Shown here: positions 56,213-64,000 of the stretch, in pieces | Numbering within the stretch: position 1 is the first letter of the stretch | Layout of the letters: each line of letters opens with the position of its first letter | NCBI GenBank assembly: GCA_023898385.1 | Contig: CP060220.1 | Coordinates: 1,676,993-1,740,992, forward strand | Reading direction: 5' to 3' | Length of the DNA: 64,000 nucleotides | From: Pseudobdellovibrionaceae bacterium | GTDB lineage: Bacteria; Bdellovibrionota; Bdellovibrionia; Bdellovibrionales; UBA1609 | The notes under the pieces: model-generated | What the model was told of the DNA's origin: nothing | Seen by the model: only the letters and a program-made list of their open reading frames with translations | The model's database searches: none | Translations under genes and position numbers: made by a program

Positions 56213-57076
56213 ATGACCCCTAACGTTCGCACCTATCAGGACTACCGACAGTTTTTGAAGGATTTTGCTGAATATAAGCGCCGGCAGAATTCCCATTGGA
56301 GCTATGGGACCTGGGCCCACTCCTTGGGACTTAAGGCCACCACATCTATATCCATGATCATCAATGGACAGCGGCATCCTGGCGAACAGATCCTTCACTC
56401 TCTGGTTGAATACTTTGGTTTTAGTCCCAATGAGGAGTCTCACTTTCGAAACTTGGTGGCGCTGGCGAAATCCAATGAAACCCATCTAAAAAATATTCTT
56501 AAAAAAGAAGTGCATACATCAAGCCTTAAACAACCTCGTCCACCCATTTCTCGTCATTTGTTTTCACAAATTTTTGAATGGCATTTTATGGCTTTACGGC
56601 AATTGGCCCGTATGGGACGCCTCACTACCAACAGTCAAATCACAAAACGCCAACTTCTCCATCGACTTTCAGAAAAAACCATTCAAATGGCCACAGAAAA
56701 ACTCATCCACCTCAGATTACTTGAACTCGACAGTGAACAAAAACTGGTGGCACCGGCCTCACCCCTGTCTACACAGCAAGACATACCAGATGAGAACATT
56801 CGAGCATTTCATCAACAGATGATTTCCCTGGCCGCGCAGTCTGTCCAACGTGTTTCCGTAAAAGAAAGAGAGATCGTTGGACTCACCATTCCGATCTCTC
56901 GCGCTAAATTGAGACAAGCTAAAGAACTCATTCGAAAATTTGCCTCCGAATTTGACGCGCTAATGGACGACACCCAGGGCGATGCCGTTTATCAATTAAA
57001 TGTGCAGTTTTTTCCGTTAGCCGAAGGCGTCATCAATGATCACGACAAGGAACCATCTAATGAAAAGAATCACTAG
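56213..57076 (+). CDS. TIGR02147/DUF4423 family protein (putative HTH regulator; paralogous family known from Bdellovibrio and Fibrobacter)
   Basis: YQDYRQFLKDFAEYKRRQNSHWSYGTWAHSLGLKATTSISMIINGQR matches the family N-terminus as I remember it. Confidence 0.6.
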   Translation: MTPNVRTYQDYRQFLKDFAEYKRRQNSHWSYGTWAHSLGLKATTSISMIINGQRHPGEQILHSLVEYFGFSPNEESHFRNLVALAKSNETHLKNILKKEVHTSSLKQPRPPISRHLFSQIFEWHFMALRQLARMGRLTTNSQITKRQLLHRLSEKTIQMATEKLIHLRLLELDSEQKLVAPASPLSTQQDIPDENIRAFHQQMISLAAQSVQRVSVKEREIVGLTIPISRAKLRQAKELIRKFASEFDALMDDTQGDAVYQLNVQFFPLAEGVINDHDKEPSNEKNH

Positions 57077-58064
57077 ATCACTTCTCTTTGCATTCACTCT
57101 AACACATTCTTTATTTGCCGCTGCCGGCGGAGACTTCGTAGGTAATGGCGGCGGGCTTGGCGAACAAAACGTCAGCCATGCACTATTGCATCTTAAAACC
57201 ATTCTCCCCCTGTGCTTGGCTTCTGAATTCTGCCTGACCCGAAGCGATCACAAAGATTTAGTTCAGAAAATTCGCGGGCAACTAGACAAACAACTCACTG
57301 CCACGAAGCCACTGGAGTTTCTTTCTGGCCGCGTGCACCCAGAAATTTTTCTCATTAACGGAGAATATAAGACGGCCGTGACCGGCAACCGTGTGGGCGA
57401 CACCATCTATATCAATATTGATTTTCTTTACCGCGATGCTGTTGGCGGAGGACGAATTCCCATGAGTATTGCCTCAGCCATGGGCCTTATTGTGCATGAA
57501 CTCGGCCATCACCAGGGAATCACAGATCATGACTACCTTGATCTTGTGGGAGCCCACGTGAAGGCTTTTGCCCTTTCAACTATGGACATTCTTTATGTCG
57601 ATCGATATCTAGATGGCTACACCACTCGGCCCCCACGTATAGGCCTTACAGCGATCCACTCAAAATCTTCTACGGGCGATGCACTCAAAGGGGCCGAGTC
57701 CACCTTGTTGTTTGCTGATGAATTCAAAGTCAATAACCTCACTCAGAACATCACACGGACGCTGGCCACTTGCCCTGCCACCCACAATTTTCCAGAGGGC
57801 AAAACCATCGGCTATCGCCTCTACAACCTGCATTTTGACGGCTATCGAGACACTAAGGATTTTCGATTTGGTCGATACTACCGCTTGGTGGCATCAGTGG
57901 AGCTTTACTGCGAACACTTTGAGGATAGGTCTTACCCCGTACGATTTGATGTGGGTAGTAAACTCATTGTTGATCTTTATTTACTTTTTGACGGTAACGA
58001 AAACTCATCGGGCTGGATATATAAACCTGAAAAAACAATTATGAAGTTGCTTTTAAGGGACTAG
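57060..58064 (+). CDS. exported putative zinc metalloprotease (HExxH)
   Basis: Signal peptide, then AAGGDFVGNGGG. HELGHH is within GLIVHELGHHQG. The start overlaps the upstream gene by 17 nt. Confidence 0.6.
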   Translation: MKRITRSLLFAFTLTHSLFAAAGGDFVGNGGGLGEQNVSHALLHLKTILPLCLASEFCLTRSDHKDLVQKIRGQLDKQLTATKPLEFLSGRVHPEIFLINGEYKTAVTGNRVGDTIYINIDFLYRDAVGGGRIPMSIASAMGLIVHELGHHQGITDHDYLDLVGAHVKAFALSTMDILYVDRYLDGYTTRPPRIGLTAIHSKSSTGDALKGAESTLLFADEFKVNNLTQNITRTLATCPATHNFPEGKTIGYRLYNLHFDGYRDTKDFRFGRYYRLVASVELYCEHFEDRSYPVRFDVGSKLIVDLYLLFDGNENSSGWIYKPEKTIMKLLLRD

Positions 58065-58764
58065 CATGGCGTTCTCCGAGCTTTCGTGCCGGCACGCCTC
58101 CCCATATTTCCCCTTGCCGAATGTGTTCCCCTTTCCTCACCACAGCATTTGCTGAAATAAGCGCATCATCCTCAATGACCACTCCGGCCAATATGCGGGC
58201 ACCCGTACCCACAGTGACATTGCTGCCCACCTTAATGGGGAAGTGAGCCAACTGTTCATTTTCTATTATATGTGGAGTGAGAAGGGCGCCCTCACCAACG
58301 AGGGTGTTATTGCCAAAAGACACAAACAGGGGATCCAACACCAAACCAGCGCTGTAACTGTTTTCACCAAACTTTGCGCCCAAGGCCTGATAGAAAATTC
58401 TCATGAGTGGCAACGGAAGAAATGCCCCACGCATCACCGGATGAAAAAATATAAGAAAAAATAAAAGGTGCATATGATAAATACACTCTACTCGGGAACC
58501 TTTTTCAATGGTCCCTTCGGGCAATGGATTGATCCATAGACCGATTCGGTAGGTCCCAATTGCAAACGCCTCTATCAACAAAACAGATAAAAACACGGTC
58601 AATAGTGGCCCGTACGCGCCAACCGAAAACACATTTACCAGTTCGATGGCAGCGTATACTCCAAACCCGCAAACGACAGTTGCCATACCTAAAAATACAA
58701 ATATCTGAAACCCCGTAATTTTTCTCATACCTCTATGGTAATGGGGCGAACCTTCAATATCCAA
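58039..58764 (-). CDS. membrane-anchored left-handed beta-helix (hexapeptide-repeat) acyltransferase-like protein
   Basis: N-terminal TM helices, then hexapeptide repeats (VGSNVTVGTGARILAGVVIEDDALISANAVV). Confidence 0.65.
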   Translation of the reverse strand: MDIEGSPHYHRGMRKITGFQIFVFLGMATVVCGFGVYAAIELVNVFSVGAYGPLLTVFLSVLLIEAFAIGTYRIGLWINPLPEGTIEKGSRVECIYHMHLLFFLIFFHPVMRGAFLPLPLMRIFYQALGAKFGENSYSAGLVLDPLFVSFGNNTLVGEGALLTPHIIENEQLAHFPIKVGSNVTVGTGARILAGVVIEDDALISANAVVRKGEHIRQGEIWGGVPARKLGERHASPLKATS

Positions 58765-58777
58765 TTTGAACTGATCC

Positions 58778-58812
58778 TGAAAACGAAGAAGCGTGAGCAG
58801 ACTTGCTCACGC
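58778..58812 (-). terminator. rho-independent terminator downstream of tex
   Basis: The minus strand reads GCGTGAGCA-AGTC-TGCTCACGC (9-bp perfect stem) followed by TTCTTCGTTTTC. Confidence 0.7.
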
Positions 58813-58831
58813 CAAACTCTGATCTAACAAA

Positions 58832-61219
58832 CTATTTTTTAAGGCCCGTCAATGCCGCAAAGGGATTATTAAAAGGCTGAGCCTGAGGTCGCCTTGGTTT
58901 TCCACCTTTTGAAGGACCTCGTCCATCAGGCATTGGACCCTTTTGACCTTTACCACCACGACCTTTGTCTTTGCTGTCTTCTCGCCTGCCCGATAATTTA
59001 CCCTTACCTTGCGACTTACGAACTTTTGCCTGCTTCTTTTCTGTACCCGTCAGCATAGATAAGGAGATCTGATTTTTTTCTTTATCGACCTTTAAGACCT
59101 TCACCTGCACTTGATCACCGGGACTGACCACTAACTTTGGGTCGTCCACAAATTTTGTAGTTAGCTCAGATATGTGAACAAGGCCGTCCTGGTGGACACC
59201 GATATCCACAAAAGCCCCAAAATTGGTGACATTGGTCACTATACCGGGGCAGAGCATACCCTCAGCAAGATCTTTCACTTCATGGATATCCTCACGGTAT
59301 TTAAATACCTTGTAAGGATCTCGAGGATCTCGCCCCGGCTTTTTTAATTCTTCAATAATATCTTCAAAGGTGTACTCACCAATAAGTTGCGACCACTTCG
59401 TTTTGAGTGGCAACAACTTCTGAGCCCCTTCTCCTAAGGCCTGCGACAGCGTCAATCCAGCTTCGTGCAACATGTCTTTCACAGCCGCATAGCGCTCCGG
59501 GTGAATTCCGGTTTTATCAAGAGAAGTTTCTCCACCGAAAATTCTCAAAAAACCTGCGGCTTGTTCAAATGTTTTTGATGAAAACTGACTCACCTTTAAA
59601 AGCTGTGAGCGATCTTTAAACGAACCATGTTCTTTTCGGTAATCTCTGATTTTTTTTGCTGTTGCGGGGCCAATTCCAGCCACGTATTGCAGCAACGACT
59701 CAGAGGCGGTGTTGAGATCCACACCCACTTGGTTCACGCACGACTCCACCACTTCGTGAAGGGAGCGTTTTAAATGACTTTGGTTCACATCATGTTGGTA
59801 CTGACCCACACCAATACTTTTTGGATCTATTTTTACAAGCTCGGCCAAGGGGTCTTGTAAACGCCGAGCAATGGAAATAGCTCCTCTCACTGTCAAATCG
59901 AGCTCAGGAAATTCTTCCCGTGCCACATCAGATGCGGAGTACACACTGGCACCTGCCTCATTCACCATAACAATAGGAGTCTCTATTCCTAGCTCCACAA
60001 AAATCTTGCGAATAAAGGCCTCAGCTTCGCGGCCACCAGTGCCATTACCCACCGCCACGGCCATGATCTTAATTTGCTTAGTCACTTCTGCAAAAAGAGT
60101 TTTTGCGTTTTCTTCAGCCTTTTCGCCCTTTAATTGCAGCACGGTATGAGACACAAAGTTGCCGTTTTGATCAACTAGTGCCACCTTACAGCCGGTTCTA
60201 ATACCAGGGTCGATACCCAAAACAATGTTGGGCCCAAAGGGGCTTGCCATCAAAACCCGTCTGACATTTTCAGCAAACACGTGAATGGCATGTTGGTCAG
60301 CTAGCTCTTTAAGTTTGGCGTGCAGCTCGTTACTCACAGAAGGTTCTGTGTGTACGGTCAACGCCGTCTTAGCACAATCCACCAGAAATTCATTGGCTTG
60401 AGATTTCGAGACCGTGCAGGCTTTTTGCGTATACACAGCCATAAGCTTATCTTCATCTGCGGTGAAGTTGACTTTCAGTTCGCCTTCTTGCCATCCCCGC
60501 CGCAATGCCAGGTAACGATGGGAAGCTTTCGATTGAAAAAGCTTTGTCACATCTTCTGTGTAATCACCATATGTTTCGTATTTTGAATGGGGCTTAAATT
60601 TTGTGGTTTTTGACGAGTGAATTTTAGCACGATTAAAATACTCATCCCTTACAACCAAACGCAACTCAGGGTCGTTTGCCAAACGCTCCACAATAATGTG
60701 ATGCGCTCCCCTTAGTGCTTCTTCATAGGTGGCAAAACCAGCGGTAGGATTAATAAACTCCTTGGCTTTTATCGCAAGCTCCGTGCTGTCGCTGATTTCT
60801 CCATGCCCAATGGCCCAAATCCAATTGGCAAGGGGCTCAAGCCCGGCCTCTTTGGCCATCTTAGCTTTCGTCTTTTTCTTTTTCTTGTACGGACGGTACA
60901 GCTCTTCAAGGGTGCTCAGGTCAAATGTGCCCTCAATCTGACGACGAAGCTCTGTGGTCAGATTTCCCTGTTTTTCAATTTCCTGAAGAATAAACACTCG
61001 GCGGGCCGAGGCCTCTTTCCAGGACTCAAAACAATGAATCACATCTCGCACTTGAACTTCGTCAAGGTTGCCCGTCTTTTCTTTTCGATAGCGGGCAATA
61101 AACGGTACCGTGCCGCCTTCAGCCGAAAGCTCTAGTACCGCACCTACGGAACGGGCAGATATGTTCGATAACTTTTCACTTACGTATTTTTGAAATTCTT
61201 CTGGTAAAGCAAATGCCAT
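58832..61219 (-). CDS. tex: Tex-like transcription accessory protein (YqgF/HhH/S1 domains) with a Lys/Gly-rich tail
   Basis: TVPFIARYRKEKTG N-terminus, ILGIDPGIRTGCK (YqgF), and S1 domain GIVTNVTNFGAFVDIG. The tail is KKQAKVRKSQGKGK...GGKPRRP. Confidence 0.9.
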   Translation of the reverse strand: MAFALPEEFQKYVSEKLSNISARSVGAVLELSAEGGTVPFIARYRKEKTGNLDEVQVRDVIHCFESWKEASARRVFILQEIEKQGNLTTELRRQIEGTFDLSTLEELYRPYKKKKKTKAKMAKEAGLEPLANWIWAIGHGEISDSTELAIKAKEFINPTAGFATYEEALRGAHHIIVERLANDPELRLVVRDEYFNRAKIHSSKTTKFKPHSKYETYGDYTEDVTKLFQSKASHRYLALRRGWQEGELKVNFTADEDKLMAVYTQKACTVSKSQANEFLVDCAKTALTVHTEPSVSNELHAKLKELADQHAIHVFAENVRRVLMASPFGPNIVLGIDPGIRTGCKVALVDQNGNFVSHTVLQLKGEKAEENAKTLFAEVTKQIKIMAVAVGNGTGGREAEAFIRKIFVELGIETPIVMVNEAGASVYSASDVAREEFPELDLTVRGAISIARRLQDPLAELVKIDPKSIGVGQYQHDVNQSHLKRSLHEVVESCVNQVGVDLNTASESLLQYVAGIGPATAKKIRDYRKEHGSFKDRSQLLKVSQFSSKTFEQAAGFLRIFGGETSLDKTGIHPERYAAVKDMLHEAGLTLSQALGEGAQKLLPLKTKWSQLIGEYTFEDIIEELKKPGRDPRDPYKVFKYREDIHEVKDLAEGMLCPGIVTNVTNFGAFVDIGVHQDGLVHISELTTKFVDDPKLVVSPGDQVQVKVLKVDKEKNQISLSMLTGTEKKQAKVRKSQGKGKLSGRREDSKDKGRGGKGQKGPMPDGRGPSKGGKPRRPQAQPFNNPFAALTGLKK

Positions 61220-61237
61220 AAACTAGTGATTAAGCAC

Positions 61238-61456
61238 CTATTTGTGCCGGTACATGATTAATCCATGTGAAGGGTCGTAAGGAGAAACTCCCACCGTCAC
61301 CCGATCACCTACCACCACACGGATGTTAAAACGTCGCATCTTTCCACAAAGCTTGGCTGAAACAGCCACCCCATTGTCCAGTTCCACCTTATACAGGCCT
61401 CCCGCACCTGCATCGACTACTTTTCCTTCTAATTGGGCCAAATCATCTTTTGCCAT
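61238..61456 (-). CDS. infA: translation initiation factor IF-1
   Basis: 72 aa. GKMRRFNIRVVVGDRVTVGVSPYD is the canonical IF-1 S1 fold. Confidence 0.93.
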   Translation of the reverse strand: MAKDDLAQLEGKVVDAGAGGLYKVELDNGVAVSAKLCGKMRRFNIRVVVGDRVTVGVSPYDPSHGLIMYRHK

Positions 61457-61479
61457 AGATTGCCACTTACTCCTGCGGT

Positions 61480-62010
61480 TTATTTATAGTTTGATATCAG
61501 AACTTTTATTCCACTTTCAAACAATACTTCAAGGCGATCGTTTTTATTGCTGAGAATAAAACCCCAGCCCAAAACTTTATGCTCAAGGCCTGTTTGAGCT
61601 TCGTAAGAAGATCTCATGTTATAAGGGGCTGATTTAATTTGCCCGGCTTTTGTATATAGATTTTCCCATTTTTTGTTGAGAACTTCTTGTTCTTCCATGG
61701 CGGCCTGTTGCGCCTTGGTCACCCGCTTTTTCTTTTTCTTGGCCTTCTTTTTTACGGGTTCTGCCCCAGACAAGGTGGCTGGCTTGGCTTTAACTACGGG
61801 AGCCTCTGTTTTTTTCGCTGCTGGCGCGCTGGCCTCAGTGGCCTTCGCTGTGGTCTTAGCTGTGGACTTTTTCACAGCCTTCTTCGCCGCTGCCTTTTTT
61901 TCTACTTTTTTTGCAGTAGGCTTTTTAGTGATCTTCTTTGCGACCTTTTTTGCCGCTTTTTTTGCCACCTTCTTGGCTGCCTTTTTAGCCGTTTTTTTCT
62001 TTGCCGCCAT
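61480..62010 (-). CDS. histone H1-like Lys/Ala-rich protein with a small C-terminal globular (DUF3553/Tudor-like?) domain
   Basis: MAAKKKTAKKAAKKVAKKAAKKVAKK... for about 110 aa, then LEHKVLGWGFILSNKNDRLEVLFESGIKVLISNY. Confidence 0.65.
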   Translation of the reverse strand: MAAKKKTAKKAAKKVAKKAAKKVAKKITKKPTAKKVEKKAAAKKAVKKSTAKTTAKATEASAPAAKKTEAPVVKAKPATLSGAEPVKKKAKKKKKRVTKAQQAAMEEQEVLNKKWENLYTKAGQIKSAPYNMRSSYEAQTGLEHKVLGWGFILSNKNDRLEVLFESGIKVLISNYK

Positions 62011-62101
62011 ATTGACTCCCCTGATCAAAAGAAATTGTATTACATGACAAAGGCGCTTTTGGCTAGATAGAACGCCGATAAACTTTCACTAAGGAGTATT
62101 C

Positions 62102-63193
62102 ATGGGTGTAAGTTGTGCTCAAATTCAATCTCAGTTTCCCGATTTGCTTCAATTTGTCGCCGGCAACAAGGAGGCTGTGGCCCAACTTCCAAGCTCAGTG
62201 GAGTCTTTGCTTCCAAATAGTGTGGTTTTTGTCCCAAAAGCCGACTCGTTCGTGCGGGCCCTTGAAAGCCACGTGGCTATTATTGTGACCCACGAGTCTG
62301 TTGCAGAACATGCCACCTCACACTCTTTGGGTGATAAAGCCGTATTTTCAACTAAAAACGTGTATTTTACCCTCTCACAGGTTTGCTCTAAGCTGTTTCC
62401 GGTCCTTACAGACACCACAAGCGCGGGGTCAGATATACATCCGTCTGCAGTGATCGGGAAACACGTGACTCTAGGTGAAGGCGTAACGGTGGGCCCGCAC
62501 TCGGTGATCGGTGATCATGTGGTGATTGGGACTCACAGTCGCATCGGAGCCAATACCACAATTGAAAGTGGAGCTATCTTGGGCGCATGGTGTCATATTC
62601 ATAGCAATGTTTATGTTTCTGGATACGTCACCGCGGGAGACCGGTGTGAAATCAAGCCTCAGTCGGCCATCGGAACTGAAGGTTTTGGATTTGCCCCGGA
62701 CAGCAAGGGGCTTCACCACCGCATTCCCCATTATGGACGTTTAATTTTGGGCGATGACGTTTCAATTGGATCTAACGTCAACATTGACCGTGGCACTTTT
62801 GATAGCGTGAAAGTGGGTTCCGGCACCAAAATTGATAATCATTGCCACATTGCCCATAACAACAATCTCGGAGAAAACTGCCTGCTTACGGCCGGATTCA
62901 TCTCCGCTGGTTCGACAAACATCGGTGATCGCTGCGCATTTGGTGGCCGCTCGTCAGTGAATGGACACATTAACATCACCAATGATTGTGTTTTTTCTTA
63001 CCCCACGACAGTACACAACGATGTAAACAAACCAGGCCAGTATGGTGGGTTCCCTTTAATGAGCCGGGTGGAGTCAATAAAGACCTATGCTGCATTTTCT
63101 CACTTACCAAAAATAAAACGCACCGTAAGTCGAATTGCCAAACATTTAGGTCTTGATGAAGATGGTCAGAACATAGCCGGAGATAGCCAATGA
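62102..63193 (+). CDS. lpxD: UDP-3-O-acylglucosamine N-acyltransferase
   Basis: [32 protein letters not shown] hexapeptide helix, FGFAPD and HIAHNN motifs. 363 aa. Confidence 0.88.
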   Translation: MGVSCAQIQSQFPDLLQFVAGNKEAVAQLPSSVESLLPNSVVFVPKADSFVRALESHVAIIVTHESVAEHATSHSLGDKAVFSTKNVYFTLSQVCSKLFPVLTDTTSAGSDIHPSAVIGKHVTLGEGVTVGPHSVIGDHVVIGTHSRIGANTTIESGAILGAWCHIHSNVYVSGYVTAGDRCEIKPQSAIGTEGFGFAPDSKGLHHRIPHYGRLILGDDVSIGSNVNIDRGTFDSVKVGSGTKIDNHCHIAHNNNLGENCLLTAGFISAGSTNIGDRCAFGGRSSVNGHINITNDCVFSYPTTVHNDVNKPGQYGGFPLMSRVESIKTYAAFSHLPKIKRTVSRIAKHLGLDEDGQNIAGDSQ

Positions 63194-64000
63194 GTTTTTA
63201 CATCACTACACCCATTTATTACGTCAACGATAAGCCTCATTTGGGCCATGCCTATTGCACAATCACTGCCGATGTACTCAATCGCTACCATCGTCTTTTC
63301 GGTGAGAGCACCTATTTTCTAACGGGAGTCGATGAACATGGTCAGAAATGTGCACAGGCGGCAAAAAAACGTGGCCTAGATCCACAAACCCATTGCGATG
63401 ATATGGCTCCAAGGTTTGTTCATGCCTGGGAAGAGATGCATGTTGAGTATGATCAGTTTTTTAGAACCACATCTCCATTGCACAAGGCGGCTGTGCAAAA
63501 AGCCCTTCAACAGCTCTTTGATTGCGGCGACATTTACCCTGACACCTATGAAGGCTGGTACAGCGTCAGCGAAGAAATCTTCTACACCGAAAAAGACCTC
63601 GTCGATGGAAAAAGTCCCACGGGTAAACCTGTTCAAAAAATTGCCGAGAAAAACTATTTCTTTAAAATGTCCAAGTACCAGGACCAACTTATTCAATATA
63701 TCGAAAAAAATCCCCAATTCATTCAGCCAGACAGCCGACGCAATGAGGTGCTTGGATTTTTGAAAAAACCTTTGGGCGATTTGTGTATCAGCCGTCCCAA
63801 ATCGCGCCTGGAGTGGGGCATTGAAATACCCTTTGATAAAGATTATGTAACATACGTGTGGTTCGACGCACTCCTCAACTACGCCACAGGCGTGGGGTAC
63901 AATCAAGAGGGCCGCGAGCAAGAATTTGATACTTGGTGGAAACAAACAGGATGTACTCACCTTTTAGGTAAAGACATCCTTACCACTCATGCCGTGTATT
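63190..64000 (+). CDS. metG: methionyl-tRNA synthetase, N-terminal part (runs off the window)
   Basis: The ATG overlaps the lpxD stop (ATGA). My translation is [36 protein letters not shown]... with the HLGH (HIGH) motif. The ORF is absent from the track because it is open at the window edge. Confidence 0.9.
   Translation, partial: MSFYITTPIYYVNDKPHLGHAYCTITADVLNRYHRLFGESTYFLTGVDEHGQKCAQAAKKRGLDPQTHCDDMAPRFVHAWEEMHVEYDQFFRTTSPLHKAAVQKALQQLFDCGDIYPDTYEGWYSVSEEIFYTEKDLVDGKSPTGKPVQKIAEKNYFFKMSKYQDQLIQYIEKNPQFIQPDSRRNEVLGFLKKPLGDLCISRPKSRLEWGIEIPFDKDYVTYVWFDALLNYATGVGYNQEGREQEFDTWWKQTGCTHLLGKDILTTHAVY

Overview
The window looks like a chromosomal segment from a Bdellovibrio-like (Bdellovibrionota) bacterium. 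That placement is an inference from gene content: a TIGR02147/DUF4423 paralog, many exported hydrolases, Lys-rich tails on housekeeping proteins, and GGDEF/PilZ genes. About 60 genes are supported.

Housekeeping blocks:
- 1-9 kb: tRNA-Glu and tRNA-Lys, purA, a serA-like and class V aminotransferase pair, lptE-holA, rpsT, murJ.
- 38-64 kb: aat, recQ-family helicase, fusA, dcd, cutA, pyrE, 2-oxoacid dehydrogenase E1 alpha/beta, S41 protease, topA, tex, infA, lpxD, metG.

Accessory-looking stretches between them:
1. A COG1373-type AAA+/PD-(D/E)xK ATPase gene sits alone between two perfect 31-bp direct repeats. Four ~32-bp tandem iterons lie upstream of it. A truncated paralog at the left edge of the window ends next to an inverted tRNA-Glu 3'-end fragment.
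2. From 11.6 to 27 kb there are nine consecutive exported proteins: a 14-blade FG-GAP lipoprotein, a PD40 beta-propeller lipoprotein, a LysM-like outer membrane protein, a LamG-like lipoprotein, a YiiX-like/unknown/phospholipase D operon, and a YD-repeat plus subtilase pair.
3. From 30.2 to 34.5 kb there is a five-gene envelope operon: TlpA-like redoxin, YtkA/FixH-like lipoprotein, two outer membrane barrels (one with a vicinal Cys-Cys) and a DUF2341 lipoprotein.
4. An orphan GHKL-ATPase plus DUF4325 pair.

Non-coding signals:
- A recurring sigma-28-type CCGATA(A/C) element in front of several exported and c-di-GMP genes.
- A 98-bp near-perfect palindrome at 55974-56071.
- Nested alternative hairpins and a 16-bp palindrome at 27.07-27.24 kb.
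- A 20-bp palindrome at 11526-11545.

No CRISPR array, rRNA, transposase or integrase gene was seen. All family assignments come from reading motifs by eye. No database search was run.
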